A stretch of DNA of 64,000 bases, taken from NCBI GenBank assembly GCA_963667175.2, contig CAXXXF010000015.1:224001-288000 (forward strand), read 5' to 3'. Under the pieces are notes generated by a model, which was not told where the DNA came from, did not search any database, and saw nothing but the letters and a program-made list of their open reading frames with translations. Of the stretch, positions 9,101 through 18,775 are shown one piece after another (positions within the stretch are counted from its first letter, which is position 1; the number at the start of each line of letters is the position of its first letter). This DNA is from Candidatus Latescibacterota bacterium. GTDB taxonomy: Bacteria > Latescibacterota > UBA2968 > GCA-2709665. The position numbers and the translations under genes were made by a program.

Positions 9101-10636
9101 TTACATCCAGAGATTCCGGTCGAGGCTGCGGTACTGAATGGCCTCTCCGACGTGCTGGGGTTTGATTTCCTGTTCTTCTTCCAGGTCGGCGATGGTGCGG
9201 CTGACTTTCAGGATGCGGTCGTAGGCGCGCGCGGAAAGGCCGAGTTTCGTGATGGCCATCTTGAGCAGTTCCTCGCCCTTCCCGTCGATTCGGCAGTATT
9301 CCCGGATTTCCGCGGCGCCCATGTGCGCATTGCAGAACAGGTGTTGTTTCTCACTGAAGCGACGAAGTTGCACCGCTCGTGCGGCGTTGACCCCTTCTCG
9401 GATGGCATCGGACGATTCTCCTCCGGGATCATCGGCAAGCTCAGTGTAGTCGACCCCGGGTACTTCGATGTGAATGTCGATACGGTCGAGAAGCGGCCCG
9501 GAAATTCGGGCCATATACCGCTGGATCATGGGTGGGGAACACGTGCATTCGTTCCGGGAATCGCCGAAATATCCGCAAGGGCACGGGTTCAGGGCGCAGG
9601 CCAGCATGAACTGGGCGGGATAGGTCAGAGAGACCAGGGCACGGGCAATGGTGACAAATCCGTCCTCGACCGGTTGGCGCAGAACTTCGAGAACGTGCTT
9701 TTTGAACTCCGGCAGTTCGTCCAGGAAGAGAACGCCGTGGTGAGCGAGAGAGACTTCGCCGGGACGCGGATGAGGTCCGCCGCCGATCAGACCCGCGTCG
9801 GAAATGGTGTGGTGAGGGGAGCGAAAGGGTCGGATCGCCACCAGGGTGGTGTCCGGAGGGAGCAGCCCGGCCACAGAGTGGATTTTGGTGGCTTCGATCG
9901 CTTCATCCAGGGTCAGGTCGGGTAGGATGGTGGGCAGGCGGCGCGTGAGCATGGTTTTGCCGGAGCCTGGCGGGCCGATCATGATGATGTTGTGGCCGCC
10001 GCTGGCGGCCACCTCCAGCGCACGCTTGGCGTGCACCTGGCCCCGGACGTCGCGGAAATCAATCCTGTAGTCCAGGGCCTGGCTGAATATCCGGTCGACG
10101 TCGACCTGGAGCGGCGGCACCGTCCGATAGCCTTCCAGGAAGTCCAGTGTCTCCATCAGGTCCTCGACCGGATGGACGTCAATACCGCCCGCAATGGCGG
10201 CTTCGCGCGCGTTCTCCCTGGGGAGAATCATGCCTTTGAGGCCTGTCTGACGGGCCTCCACCGCCATCGGCAGGACGCCGCGGACGGGCCGGACGGCCCC
10301 GTCGAGAGCGAGTTCGCCGAGAATCGCGTATTGGGAGAGGATTTCAGGCGAGATGTCACCCGCCGCGGCCAGAATCCCCACGGCAATGGGCAGGTCGAAG
10401 GCCGAGCCCTCCTTGCGGATATCCGCGGGAGCGAGATTGACGGTGACGCGCCGAACGGGAAAGGGTCGACCGGTGTTCTTGATGGCGGCGGTCACGCGAT
10501 CCCGGCTTTCCTTGACGGCGTTGTCCGGCAGACCCACCACGGAAAACGCGGGAAGCTGGTAATCCAGGTCCGTCTCGATGCGTACGATATACGCGTCAAT
10601 GCCCAGGGTGGCGCAGCTCAACACGCGGGACATCAT
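9101..10636 (-). CDS. comM: YifB/ComM Mg-chelatase-like AAA+ ATPase
   Basis: VGLPDNAVKESRDRV, NLAPAD, GPPGSGKT, PFRSPHH, LFLDELPEF, NPCPCG, SGPLLDRID. Confidence 0.93.
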   Translation of the reverse strand: MMSRVLSCATLGIDAYIVRIETDLDYQLPAFSVVGLPDNAVKESRDRVTAAIKNTGRPFPVRRVTVNLAPADIRKEGSAFDLPIAVGILAAAGDISPEILSQYAILGELALDGAVRPVRGVLPMAVEARQTGLKGMILPRENAREAAIAGGIDVHPVEDLMETLDFLEGYRTVPPLQVDVDRIFSQALDYRIDFRDVRGQVHAKRALEVAASGGHNIIMIGPPGSGKTMLTRRLPTILPDLTLDEAIEATKIHSVAGLLPPDTTLVAIRPFRSPHHTISDAGLIGGGPHPRPGEVSLAHHGVLFLDELPEFKKHVLEVLRQPVEDGFVTIARALVSLTYPAQFMLACALNPCPCGYFGDSRNECTCSPPMIQRYMARISGPLLDRIDIHIEVPGVDYTELADDPGGESSDAIREGVNAARAVQLRRFSEKQHLFCNAHMGAAEIREYCRIDGKGEELLKMAITKLGLSARAYDRILKVSRTIADLEEEQEIKPQHVGEAIQYRSLDRNLWM

Positions 10637-10734
10637 ACGGGCCTCCTCGGAACATGCCGGGAACGCGCCTGAACTCCGCTTCGTTTTGCAATGAGTCCGG
10701 TGTTGACAGAGCCCGTTCCAGACAGGCTCTCAAA

Positions 10735-10751
10735 CTGCAAAGGGCGTGCCA
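10735..10751 (-). promoter_or_regulatory. Sigma54 (-24/-12) promoter upstream of comM
   Basis: TGGCACGCCCTTTGCAG on the minus strand matches TGGCACG-N4-TTGC, about 100 bp upstream of the start. Confidence 0.7.
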
Positions 10752-11070
10752 GAGATACGGGAACTACCTAACCCGCTGTACGGAAAAGAGATGGAGACGG
10801 CGGCGGGAGAAGTGGAGGCGACGACGGGAAACGGATGTTCAATATTCGGGAAGGGATTGAACAATTCGTCGATGGACCTGCTGACGCCCGACGGCCCGGA
10901 TGGAATGATTCAACGGACTGCTAACCTTGATTCGTGGTTCTCATGGAACGTGAATTCGAATAAACGCAGGTGAATGAAGGCGATTTGACGTCGGATTTTC
11001 AGGAACCTTCAGGTCACTGGACGTGAACCGAGCATATGGACGACCTCTACACGCCGTTTCGCAGCCGTGC

Positions 11071-11099
11071 CCTTTGTGTCTTTTGTGCTTTTTGTGGCT
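11071..11099. repeat. 9-nt periodic array (YTTTGTGNY)n; related copy at 50877-50902
   Basis: CTTTGTGTCTTTTGTGCTTTTTGTGGC; reverse complement resembles GCCACAAAAAGCACAAAAGGCACAGA at 50878. Confidence 0.7.
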
Positions 11100-11130
11100 G
11101 ATTTTTCGGTTGTCGTTTTTCGAATTGAGG

Positions 11131-12309
11131 CTAAAGAGACAGATCCGGGTCAACGTCGGCCGCATAGTCGACAGACGGAAGACCGAAGCCGAACAGTTTG
11201 AGGAATTCTTCGCGATAGTTCTGCATGCCCGCTGCCGCTTCCAGGTTTTCGGTCGTTACGGATTCCCACAGGGATGCGATGCGTGACTGCACGTCTTCCC
11301 TGAGTTCAAGGTCATCGACGCGGATCCGACCCTCTTCGTCCGTGGGAACCGGCGTTCCCGCGTAGATGCGATCCTTCAGGAGCCGGTACATCTGTTGGAT
11401 ACAGCCTTCATGAAGTTTCATTTCCCTCATGACTTTGTAAAGCGTGGAAATATAGAGCGGTACGACGGGAATGGCCGCGCTGGATTGGGTGACCACGGCC
11501 TTGTTTACCGAGACGTGAGCGCTCCCGGTTTTCTCTTTCAGCCGGGCGTCCAATTCCCTGGCCGTGGCCTCCAGGTGCGTTTTCGCTTTCCCGATGGCGC
11601 CCTCCCTGTAGAGCGGCCGGGTCAACTCCGGGCCGACATAGGTGAAGGCGACCGTTCGCACGCCTTCCGAAAGCACGTCGGCCGCTTCAAGTGCTCGAAT
11701 CCACAGGTCCCAGTCTTCGCCTCCCATTACGGCCACGGTATTGTCGATCTCGTCCGCATTGGCCGGCTCGATGGCAACCTCCGAGACGACGCCTGTGCGG
11801 ACGTCGACCGTTTTGCCCGTGTAGGGTTCGCCCACAGGTTTCAGTACGGAGGTGTGTTGGGCTCCTGTCCGGGGGTGGGTGCGCCGCGGCGACGCCAGGC
11901 TGTATATCACGAGGTCGACCGCTCCCAGGTCTTCCTTGATGGCGGAGATGGTCTGTTCTTTGATTTCATCGGAAAACGCGTCACCGTTGATGCTCTTCGA
12001 ATAGTAACCCGCGTCTTTCGAGGCGCTTTCGAAGGCGACCGAATTGTACCATCCCGCCGAGGCCGTGCGATTCCTCAAGGCCGGCCTTTCAAAGAAAACA
12101 CCCACGGTCCCGGCGCCTCCACCAAAGCAGGCGGCAATCCGGGAGGCCAGACCGTAACCGGTCGATGCGCCGACAACCAGGACGTTCCGGATGCCTTCCA
12201 CGGGAGGCTGCTGCCTGACCCAGTCGATTTGTTCCTGAACATGCCGCGCGCATCCGACAGGGTGTGCGGTCGTGCAGATGAAGCCTCGAATTTTGGGTTT
12301 GATGACCAT
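11131..12309 (-). CDS. fabV: Enoyl-ACP / trans-2-enoyl-CoA reductase FabV
   Basis: IRGFICTTAHPVGC, GASTGYGLASRI, YSLASP, VMGGEDW, NKAVVTQSS, HEGCIQQ, FGFG. Confidence 0.95.
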   Translation of the reverse strand: MVIKPKIRGFICTTAHPVGCARHVQEQIDWVRQQPPVEGIRNVLVVGASTGYGLASRIAACFGGGAGTVGVFFERPALRNRTASAGWYNSVAFESASKDAGYYSKSINGDAFSDEIKEQTISAIKEDLGAVDLVIYSLASPRRTHPRTGAQHTSVLKPVGEPYTGKTVDVRTGVVSEVAIEPANADEIDNTVAVMGGEDWDLWIRALEAADVLSEGVRTVAFTYVGPELTRPLYREGAIGKAKTHLEATARELDARLKEKTGSAHVSVNKAVVTQSSAAIPVVPLYISTLYKVMREMKLHEGCIQQMYRLLKDRIYAGTPVPTDEEGRIRVDDLELREDVQSRIASLWESVTTENLEAAAGMQNYREEFLKLFGFGLPSVDYAADVDPDLSL

Positions 12310-12338
12310 GGAACCGTCCTTTTTCGTCTATCAGGTTG

Positions 12339-13739
12339 TTACGTGGCGGGTCTTGTCTCTGTCCAGGGCGCGATGTTCTCAAGGGCGGCCGAGGCGCGCA
12401 GCACGCCCGCGTCGTCGCGCCAGCGCCCGACAATCTGCAGTCCAACCGGCAGTCCGTCGCCTGCAAAGCCGGCCGGAACGGTGGCCGCCGGCTGGCCCGT
12501 GATATTGAACGGATACGTGAAAGCCGTCCAGCCGAGATAGCTGGTCGGATGCCCCGCGATATCACCGGGATGGTCGTTACCCGCGTTAAAGGCGGTGACG
12601 GGAAGCGTTGGGCTGAGAAACAGGTCGTAGGCGTCCATGAATTCACGCCAGCCGTGGTAGTAGTCGTTGCGCCGCGCGTACGCGGTTGCCAGTTCGGCGC
12701 CGGAGACGCCCCGGCCTCTATCGATCACGGCGACGAGGCCGGCGTCCAGGAGGTCGCGGACTTCGTTCAGGTTGTCCTTGAATACCCCGGCGAAAGAGGC
12801 GGCCCAGATCACGTCGGCGATTTCCCAGGGGTCGGACAGACCGGGATGGGCCTCTTCGACGTTGCAGCCCAGTTCCTGAAACCGGGCCGCCGCTGCCGCT
12901 GCGACCCTTTGGACGTCGGGGTCGATCCGGGCGTACCCGAGATCCGGAGACCACGCAATGCGCAGGCCGTCGATGCCGCCTTCCATCTCGGCGAGGTAGT
13001 CGGTGGAATCGGGCAGTGAAAGGCGGTCCATTGGGTGGGCGCCGGCCATGGCCGTGAGCATCATCGCGGCATCCTTCACGGTGCGGGTAATCGGACCCGC
13101 GTGGGAGAGCAATTCGACCACACTGGCGGGATATTGTGGAACACGCCCCCAGGACGGTTTGAGACCGTAGAGACCGCAAAATCCGCACGGGATGCGGATC
13201 GAGCCGGCGCCGTCCGTTCCCTGTGCGATCGGACCCAATCCCAGGGCGACGGCTGCCGCCGCGCCCCCGCTGGACCCGCCAGCCGTACGGCCGACCATCC
13301 AGGGATTGTGCACCGGACCGTTCACGCGGTTTCCGGAGTCTCCCTTCCAGCCCAGTTCGGGGGTGGTGGTCTTGCCAAGCAGGACCATCCCGGCATCGTC
13401 GAGGCGTTCCGCAATCGGCGCGTCGTAATCCGGCGCCCAGTTCCTGTAGAGCAGGGACCCCCGGGCGGTGAGGATGCCCTTTGTGGGGGTGAGATCCTTG
13501 AGCGATCCGGGGATGCCGGCCAGAGTCCCGGCGTTTCCCGCCATATATGCGCGTTCGGCGCGAACTGCCTGTTCGAGGGCGTGTTCGTGAGTGACGGTGA
13601 CGTAGGGATTGAAGACGGGATTGAGCCGTTCAATCCGGTGCAGAAGCGCCTTGGTGACTTCGACGGGCGAGAGTTCTCGCTTCAGATACAGATCGCGCAG
13701 TTCGTATGCCGAAAGATAGCAGAGATCGTCTGAACTCAT
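12339..13739 (-). CDS. Amidase signature family enzyme
   Basis: GKTTTPELG, GGSSGG, GTDGAGSIRIP, YPFNITGQPA. Confidence 0.93.
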   Translation of the reverse strand: MSSDDLCYLSAYELRDLYLKRELSPVEVTKALLHRIERLNPVFNPYVTVTHEHALEQAVRAERAYMAGNAGTLAGIPGSLKDLTPTKGILTARGSLLYRNWAPDYDAPIAERLDDAGMVLLGKTTTPELGWKGDSGNRVNGPVHNPWMVGRTAGGSSGGAAAAVALGLGPIAQGTDGAGSIRIPCGFCGLYGLKPSWGRVPQYPASVVELLSHAGPITRTVKDAAMMLTAMAGAHPMDRLSLPDSTDYLAEMEGGIDGLRIAWSPDLGYARIDPDVQRVAAAAAARFQELGCNVEEAHPGLSDPWEIADVIWAASFAGVFKDNLNEVRDLLDAGLVAVIDRGRGVSGAELATAYARRNDYYHGWREFMDAYDLFLSPTLPVTAFNAGNDHPGDIAGHPTSYLGWTAFTYPFNITGQPAATVPAGFAGDGLPVGLQIVGRWRDDAGVLRASAALENIAPWTETRPAT

Positions 13740-14365
13740 CCAGCCGCTCCGGATTCTCTACAACGCAGGTCCGGGGCTGTCGGCGTTGCAGGGAAAGGGA
13801 TTCCCGCAAGCGCGAATAATTGCGCCACCAGGCGGTACGAAATGCCCCAGAGGACACGCCGGCCGGGACCCGGGAGATCGACGGTGGAAAAGCGGCGTTC
13901 CGCGTCGTCGATCCGGAACCTGCGCCTATGGTGTCGTCTGGCGACGACGAGTTCGCTCAGCCGGACCCAGAAAGCCTGTTTCACTTCGTCGTTCGGATGA
14001 AGCCGGCCGGCGGATCGGACGTTGTAGACGAAACCCGACACGAGGACGGGGAGGGTGGCGCCGGTGACGTCATCCAGTCGTCCGAGGTATTCGGCAGGTC
14101 CGAGATCCAGCCCGACTTCCTCCCGTGTCTCGCGCTCGGCGGCAAGACGCGGGCTCCCGTCCAGGCGGTCCACCCTGCCGCCGGGGAACGCGACGTGGCC
14201 CGACCACGGATCGTCATCGCGTTGCGACCGCTCAATAAAGAGAAGTTGTACCGCTTCCTCCTGTTGATGCAGTACCATTGCGACGGCGGCGCGGGTCCCG
14301 TCTCGTGACGAAAGACACGGCTTGTGTCCGGCCAGGACCCGGCGGATGTCAGCAATCGAAGTCAT
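13736..14365 (-). CDS. Nudix hydrolase, CoA pyrophosphatase-like
   Basis: WSGHVAFPGGR...AAERETREEVG Nudix box; LWGISY. Confidence 0.9.
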   Translation of the reverse strand: MTSIADIRRVLAGHKPCLSSRDGTRAAVAMVLHQQEEAVQLLFIERSQRDDDPWSGHVAFPGGRVDRLDGSPRLAAERETREEVGLDLGPAEYLGRLDDVTGATLPVLVSGFVYNVRSAGRLHPNDEVKQAFWVRLSELVVARRHHRRRFRIDDAERRFSTVDLPGPGRRVLWGISYRLVAQLFALAGIPFPATPTAPDLRCRESGAAG

Positions 14366-14796
14366 GAGGGCCTGGACTTCCGAACCTGGTAGTATATGAG
14401 AAATCCAAGGCCGAAGCCCGCGTTGACCAGCACCGGGATGCGGTAACCGCTGACCACGTCGTACCTGAACACGGCGCCCGATGCGCCCGCGGAGACGATC
14501 AGAAACGACAGGACGATCAGGGGCTTGCAGATTGCCGGCGGTACAAACGCCGCCGTTACGATAGACATGAGCGCCGAGTGGAAGATAAGGAACCCGGCGT
14601 AGCCGTTTCGGACCGCCATCGCGATCTGCCAGTCGTACCGGTACGCCCAGACCAGGGTTACGTGGGCGACGGCAACCAGCGCAACCAGCGCGATGGCCGG
14701 GCGGTTGCAGGCGCCTCTGGCGACGAGTACCAGATTCACCGAAAGGCCGAGATACCCGAGAAAAGCGAGAAGAAACGTGACGTTTTCAAGCGTCAA
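14362..14796 (-). CDS. Hypothetical integral membrane protein
   Basis: Four to five hydrophobic segments; stop overlaps the Nudix start (ATGA); start uncertain. Confidence 0.65.
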   Translation of the reverse strand: MTLENVTFLLAFLGYLGLSVNLVLVARGACNRPAIALVALVAVAHVTLVWAYRYDWQIAMAVRNGYAGFLIFHSALMSIVTAAFVPPAICKPLIVLSFLIVSAGASGAVFRYDVVSGYRIPVLVNAGFGLGFLIYYQVRKSRPS

Positions 14797-15043
14797 GACG
14801 AGGTCTTTGCCGGAAACGGTGAGGCAGGGAACAGAACCCCGGACCGGTGGAGAGCGAACCGGGACGGCGCGCGGAAACCGCGAACGGACGTCGTACGCCG
14901 GGACGGTCTGGTCGGGAGTACGGGAAGGCCGCCTGCCCTGAGCAGACGATCGGGACGTGAATTCGTAACTTCAGGGAATGGGGCTGAATCCGGGCGCGCG
15001 CCGGCGCAGGGAGGTTTCCTACCGGGACTTTCGATTCGTGCAG

Positions 15044-16258
15044 TTATTCTCCTGTATCGACCGGGTTCTTGATCCGGTCGATCTTGTCCTCGCAGTACTT
15101 TTTGAATTTCCGATCTCCAAGGCCCTTCTGATAGCTCCGGATGGCTTTTTCCTTCCAGCCCTGCGGCCGCCAGGCGTCGTACACGTCGCCGATAATAACA
15201 TGCGCCGGCACACCGAATGTTCGGCTCGACGTGGCTCTTCGGGCGTTGTTCAGTGCGTTCTGGTACTGTTTGAGTTCGAAATAGGCATCCGCCGCCCGGT
15301 ACTGGGCTTCGCTGTCTCTGGAATTCAGCGCGAGCGCCTGCCGATAGGCCGAGACCGCACTCTTATAGTTCCTCCCCAATGCGTGCGAGTATCCCAGCGC
15401 CGTGTAGATTCTGACTTTGTCTCTATTGGTAGGCGCAACCGCAACGGCTTTTCTCAGCGTAGCGACGGCTTTCGAATGTTGTTTTGTCCGATTGTATACG
15501 ACCGCCAGGCTGCGATAGGCGTTGATGTTCTTCCTGTCCTTGCAGTTCGGATCGCTGTCGATCGCCCGATTGTAACTCCGGATTGCCCGGCTGTTTCTCT
15601 TGGTTACCCGATACAGGTCGCCAAGCTGTCTATGGGCCTTGGCGTATCGGGGGTTGAGCTCGACGGCCGTACCAAAGGCGTTCTCGGCCTGTTTGATCTT
15701 GCGCGCGTTTCTGGCGGCCAGCCCCAGATTGTAGTAATTGGTGGCGTCCGTAGGGTCGAGCTGCGTGGCGTTTTCGTACTCCTCGATGGCCTTCCGGTAA
15801 TTCTTGCGGATGAGGAACGCCCTTCCCTGCTGCGCATAGGCCGCTTTCAGAAGTTGCCTGGCGCGGCCGTCCTGAAAATTGCCGTCCAGGTTCAGGACCG
15901 CTTTAAACGCCGACTGCGCTTCCTTGTATTTCTTCAGGTTGTAATAAAGGTTGCCCAATTCATAATGGGCCTCTACGTAGTCCGGCTTTACCGAAGTCGC
16001 CATCCTGAAATTGCTGACGGCCTTGTCGGTATCCTTCAGCTTCTGGTAGGTCTTGGCGATGCCGCGATAGGCCTGGGCGTTGTCGCCGTCGAGTTTGACG
16101 GCATCTTCGAACGCCTGGAGGGCCTGCTGATATCGCCTTTTTTCGAAGAGGGCCTGACCGGCGTTGTATTTTTCCGCCGATTCGGGCGCCACCTGAGCCC
16201 ACGCCGGCTGACAGAATAGAAGACACAGAAGCAGGGGTAACGACTGTCGACAACGCAT
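15044..16258 (-). CDS. Secreted tetratricopeptide-repeat protein
   Basis: Signal peptide ending AWA; many TPR motifs such as AHYELGNLY and YYNLGLAA. Confidence 0.9.
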   Translation of the reverse strand: MRCRQSLPLLLCLLFCQPAWAQVAPESAEKYNAGQALFEKRRYQQALQAFEDAVKLDGDNAQAYRGIAKTYQKLKDTDKAVSNFRMATSVKPDYVEAHYELGNLYYNLKKYKEAQSAFKAVLNLDGNFQDGRARQLLKAAYAQQGRAFLIRKNYRKAIEEYENATQLDPTDATNYYNLGLAARNARKIKQAENAFGTAVELNPRYAKAHRQLGDLYRVTKRNSRAIRSYNRAIDSDPNCKDRKNINAYRSLAVVYNRTKQHSKAVATLRKAVAVAPTNRDKVRIYTALGYSHALGRNYKSAVSAYRQALALNSRDSEAQYRAADAYFELKQYQNALNNARRATSSRTFGVPAHVIIGDVYDAWRPQGWKEKAIRSYQKGLGDRKFKKYCEDKIDRIKNPVDTGE

Positions 16259-16319
16259 ATCCGGTGATCCTCTCGATAATGCAGGTTAAGAATAACAGAA
16301 ACGCGATTTACAGGCTGAT

Positions 16320-16348
16320 AATATTGCCAATTACCAGGTTGATGTCAA
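16320..16348 (-). promoter_or_regulatory. Sigma70-type promoter for the TPR gene
   Basis: TTGACA-17 bp-AATATT on the minus strand. Confidence 0.5.
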
Positions 16349-16365
16349 CCGTTTTGGACATGCGG

Positions 16366-16396
16366 AAAGGCCACCACCGGTTGTGTGATGGCCTCC
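16366..16396 (-). terminator. Putative terminator after tonB
   Basis: GGCCATCAC...GTGGTGGCC hairpin followed by TTT on the minus strand. Confidence 0.45.
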
Positions 16397-16424
16397 GTGG
16401 AACGGATAACTGCTTGAGTTGAGG

Positions 16425-17096
16425 TCAATTGTGCAGCTTGAATCGGATGCGTTGGGTCATCCAGACGTTGACGGGCTTGTCGTTCTGGATGGCCGGCTTG
16501 AAAACGAACTGTCTGACCGCATCGATGGCTGCCTGCCTGAATATCTCCTGGCCCTTCAATACCGAGACCCGGTCCGTACGCCCGTCTCTGCGCACCATGA
16601 ACTTGACGAAAACATTGCCCTCCAGTCCGGCCTTCCGCGCTATTTCGGGGTACTTGGGGCTGACCGCCCTGATCTGCACCGGCTTCTCCTCCACGCTCCA
16701 GAACTCCATCACTTCTTCTTCCATCGGCGCTTCGGTAGCGCCCGGCGGCGGGGGCGGAAGGTCGACCGGGGCCTGATCCAGGTCGAGGTCGGTCGTTTCG
16801 ATGGTCACGTCGTCCGGTACGTCTTCGCTCTCGGTTTCAATCGGCATGGCCGGCCTCGGCGGCGGCGGCGGGCGCTGAATCTGCCGGGTCTCCGGAATTT
16901 CTTCCATCTGGATGATGATCTGGTCTTTCTTTCCCGCCGAGGCCCGTATATCGAACGTGGGGAAAAGGATAGCCATGAAAAGGTGCAGGGCGCAGGAAAT
17001 GCCGACAGACGTCCAGAAGACTTTGGGATAACGACGTCTGAGGTCGTGCTCCGGGTGTTTCCGGCGGACGATGTCCTTTCCTTTGATATAGGCCAT
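16425..17096 (-). CDS. tonB: Energy transducer TonB
   Basis: N-terminal TM, Pro-rich linker, PKYPEIARKAGLEGNV...FKPA C-terminal domain. Confidence 0.92.
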   Translation of the reverse strand: MAYIKGKDIVRRKHPEHDLRRRYPKVFWTSVGISCALHLFMAILFPTFDIRASAGKKDQIIIQMEEIPETRQIQRPPPPPRPAMPIETESEDVPDDVTIETTDLDLDQAPVDLPPPPPGATEAPMEEEVMEFWSVEEKPVQIRAVSPKYPEIARKAGLEGNVFVKFMVRRDGRTDRVSVLKGQEIFRQAAIDAVRQFVFKPAIQNDKPVNVWMTQRIRFKLHN

Positions 17097-17101
17097 ATGC
17101 G

Positions 17102-17512
17102 TTACCTTTCCCGATCCGTGGCAAAGTTGACGCGCAGGGCGTCGGCCTTGCGAAGTTCCTCGATCACTTCGGATACCAGCCCGTAGGGCGCCCGCGTATC
17201 GCACTTCAGGGAAACGATAAGACGCGGGTTCTGTACCCGGCGTTCGTAGAAAATGGGCGCAACCTGGTTTACCTGGGCAATTTTGTCATCGATATAGACC
17301 TTCCGGTCCGCGGAGATCCAGACGTAGGAAATATGGCGGCGCGTCTTGATTTCCTCGACCTTTTCAGCCCTGGGCAGCACGATACCGGTGACCCGATAGC
17401 GGACGAAAACCGTCGTAACCATGAAAAAGATCAGGAGGAGAAAGGCGATATCCGCCATTGAACCGGTCGGAATGGACGTATGTACCCCTGATTTTTTTGA
17501 AAAATCCGCCAT
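17102..17512 (-). CDS. exbD: ExbD/TolR family protein
   Basis: SMADIAFLLLIFFMVTT TM with conserved Asp. Confidence 0.92.
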   Translation of the reverse strand: MADFSKKSGVHTSIPTGSMADIAFLLLIFFMVTTVFVRYRVTGIVLPRAEKVEEIKTRRHISYVWISADRKVYIDDKIAQVNQVAPIFYERRVQNPRLIVSLKCDTRAPYGLVSEVIEELRKADALRVNFATDRER

Positions 17513-17539
17513 GCTGAGAACTCCTGTTGCCGGACGAAC

Positions 17540-17956
17540 CTACTTTTCCGGGGATGCTAGTGAGATCCGGGTTGCGCCGGAAAGCTTGATCTCATCCAGA
17601 ACGTCGATGAACGCGTTATAGGGCGTTTCCTCGTCGGCCTTGAGTGAGACGATCAGCTTGTCGTTTTCGCTCAGGCGCCGCTCGACGTCGGCGCGGAGCT
17701 GGCTCAGAGGCACTTCCTGTTCCAGGTTGATCAGGATATCCCCGGCGGCATTCACCCAGACGTTGCAGATATTCTTCTTCTGGATCTTCTTGTTTTCTCC
17801 GGCGGGCGGAAGCTGCATGCCGATGCCCTTGTCCTGGTTCATTGTGGTGGTCACCAGGAAGAACACGATCAGCAGAAAGGCGATATCCGCCATGGACGAA
17901 GTCGGGATTTCGGGATTGGATTTGTTCCGCCTTGCCAATTCTGGCTTGCCTGCCAT
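17540..17956 (-). CDS. exbD: ExbD/TolR family protein
   Basis: SMADIAFLLIVFFLVTT, LKADEETPY. Confidence 0.92.
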   Translation of the reverse strand: MAGKPELARRNKSNPEIPTSSMADIAFLLIVFFLVTTTMNQDKGIGMQLPPAGENKKIQKKNICNVWVNAAGDILINLEQEVPLSQLRADVERRLSENDKLIVSLKADEETPYNAFIDVLDEIKLSGATRISLASPEK

Positions 17957-17959
17957 GAC

Positions 17960-18586
17960 TCACTCTCCCGCGGGCGTATCGTAGCCGGCCTGGATCAGTT
18001 CGTCGATGAACTGAGAGGAACTCTCCTGCATATCGATGATGATCTTATCGATCTTGGAGACGAAGAGGTTGTGAAGTGCCTGGATCGGAATGGCGATCAC
18101 CAGACCGGACGCCGTGGTGATGAGCGCTTCGGAAATACCCGCGGCCACGATACTGGGCTCGACGTCGCCAGCCTTCGCGATGGCGTCGAAGGCGCTGATC
18201 ATACCGCTCACCGTACCGAGGAATCCGAGCAGCGGCGCGATATTGGCCACGGTGGATAACCAGACCATGCCTTTTTCCAGGAATGCCATTTCGATGGCGC
18301 CGGATTCTTCAATGGCCTTTTCGACGTGTTCAATCCCCCGATCAAGGCGAAGAAGACCGGCATGGAGAACCGAGGCGACGGGGCCGCGGTGACTCGCGCA
18401 AACCTCGGCGACGCCTTCCGGCCCCCGTTGCTTCAGCGCCTCCTGAACCGCAGTGAAGAATTCCCGGGTGTTAATTGAAGACCGCCACAACGACCAGAAT
18501 CGTTCGATACTGACCGCGATACCGAAAAGCAACATCAGCAGAAGCGGGTGCATAAAGGGCCCGCCATTGACGTAAAGTTCAACCAT
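17960..18586 (-). CDS. exbB: MotA/TolQ/ExbB proton channel protein
   Basis: APLLGFLGTVSGMI, GISEALITTASGL. Confidence 0.94.
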   Translation of the reverse strand: MVELYVNGGPFMHPLLLMLLFGIAVSIERFWSLWRSSINTREFFTAVQEALKQRGPEGVAEVCASHRGPVASVLHAGLLRLDRGIEHVEKAIEESGAIEMAFLEKGMVWLSTVANIAPLLGFLGTVSGMISAFDAIAKAGDVEPSIVAAGISEALITTASGLVIAIPIQALHNLFVSKIDKIIIDMQESSSQFIDELIQAGYDTPAGE

Positions 18587-18775
18587 AACTTCAATCCCCC
18601 AGTTGATGATGTGAATGCTCGCTGCGGTGGAATCGTGCGCGCCGGAAGCGCAGGTCCGGACGTCTGTCCAGCGGTTTCGAGATGGATCGAGGATCGTCGG
18701 AAGGCATCGGTTTTCTCAGTTCTGCCGCGACGGAAGAAAGGAAGAAACGTCGCATATCCAGAGACCAAGCTCCCC

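Noticed and set aside
14800-15040. GC-rich spacer as a possible riboswitch or ncRNA
   Set aside because: No recognisable conserved motif.
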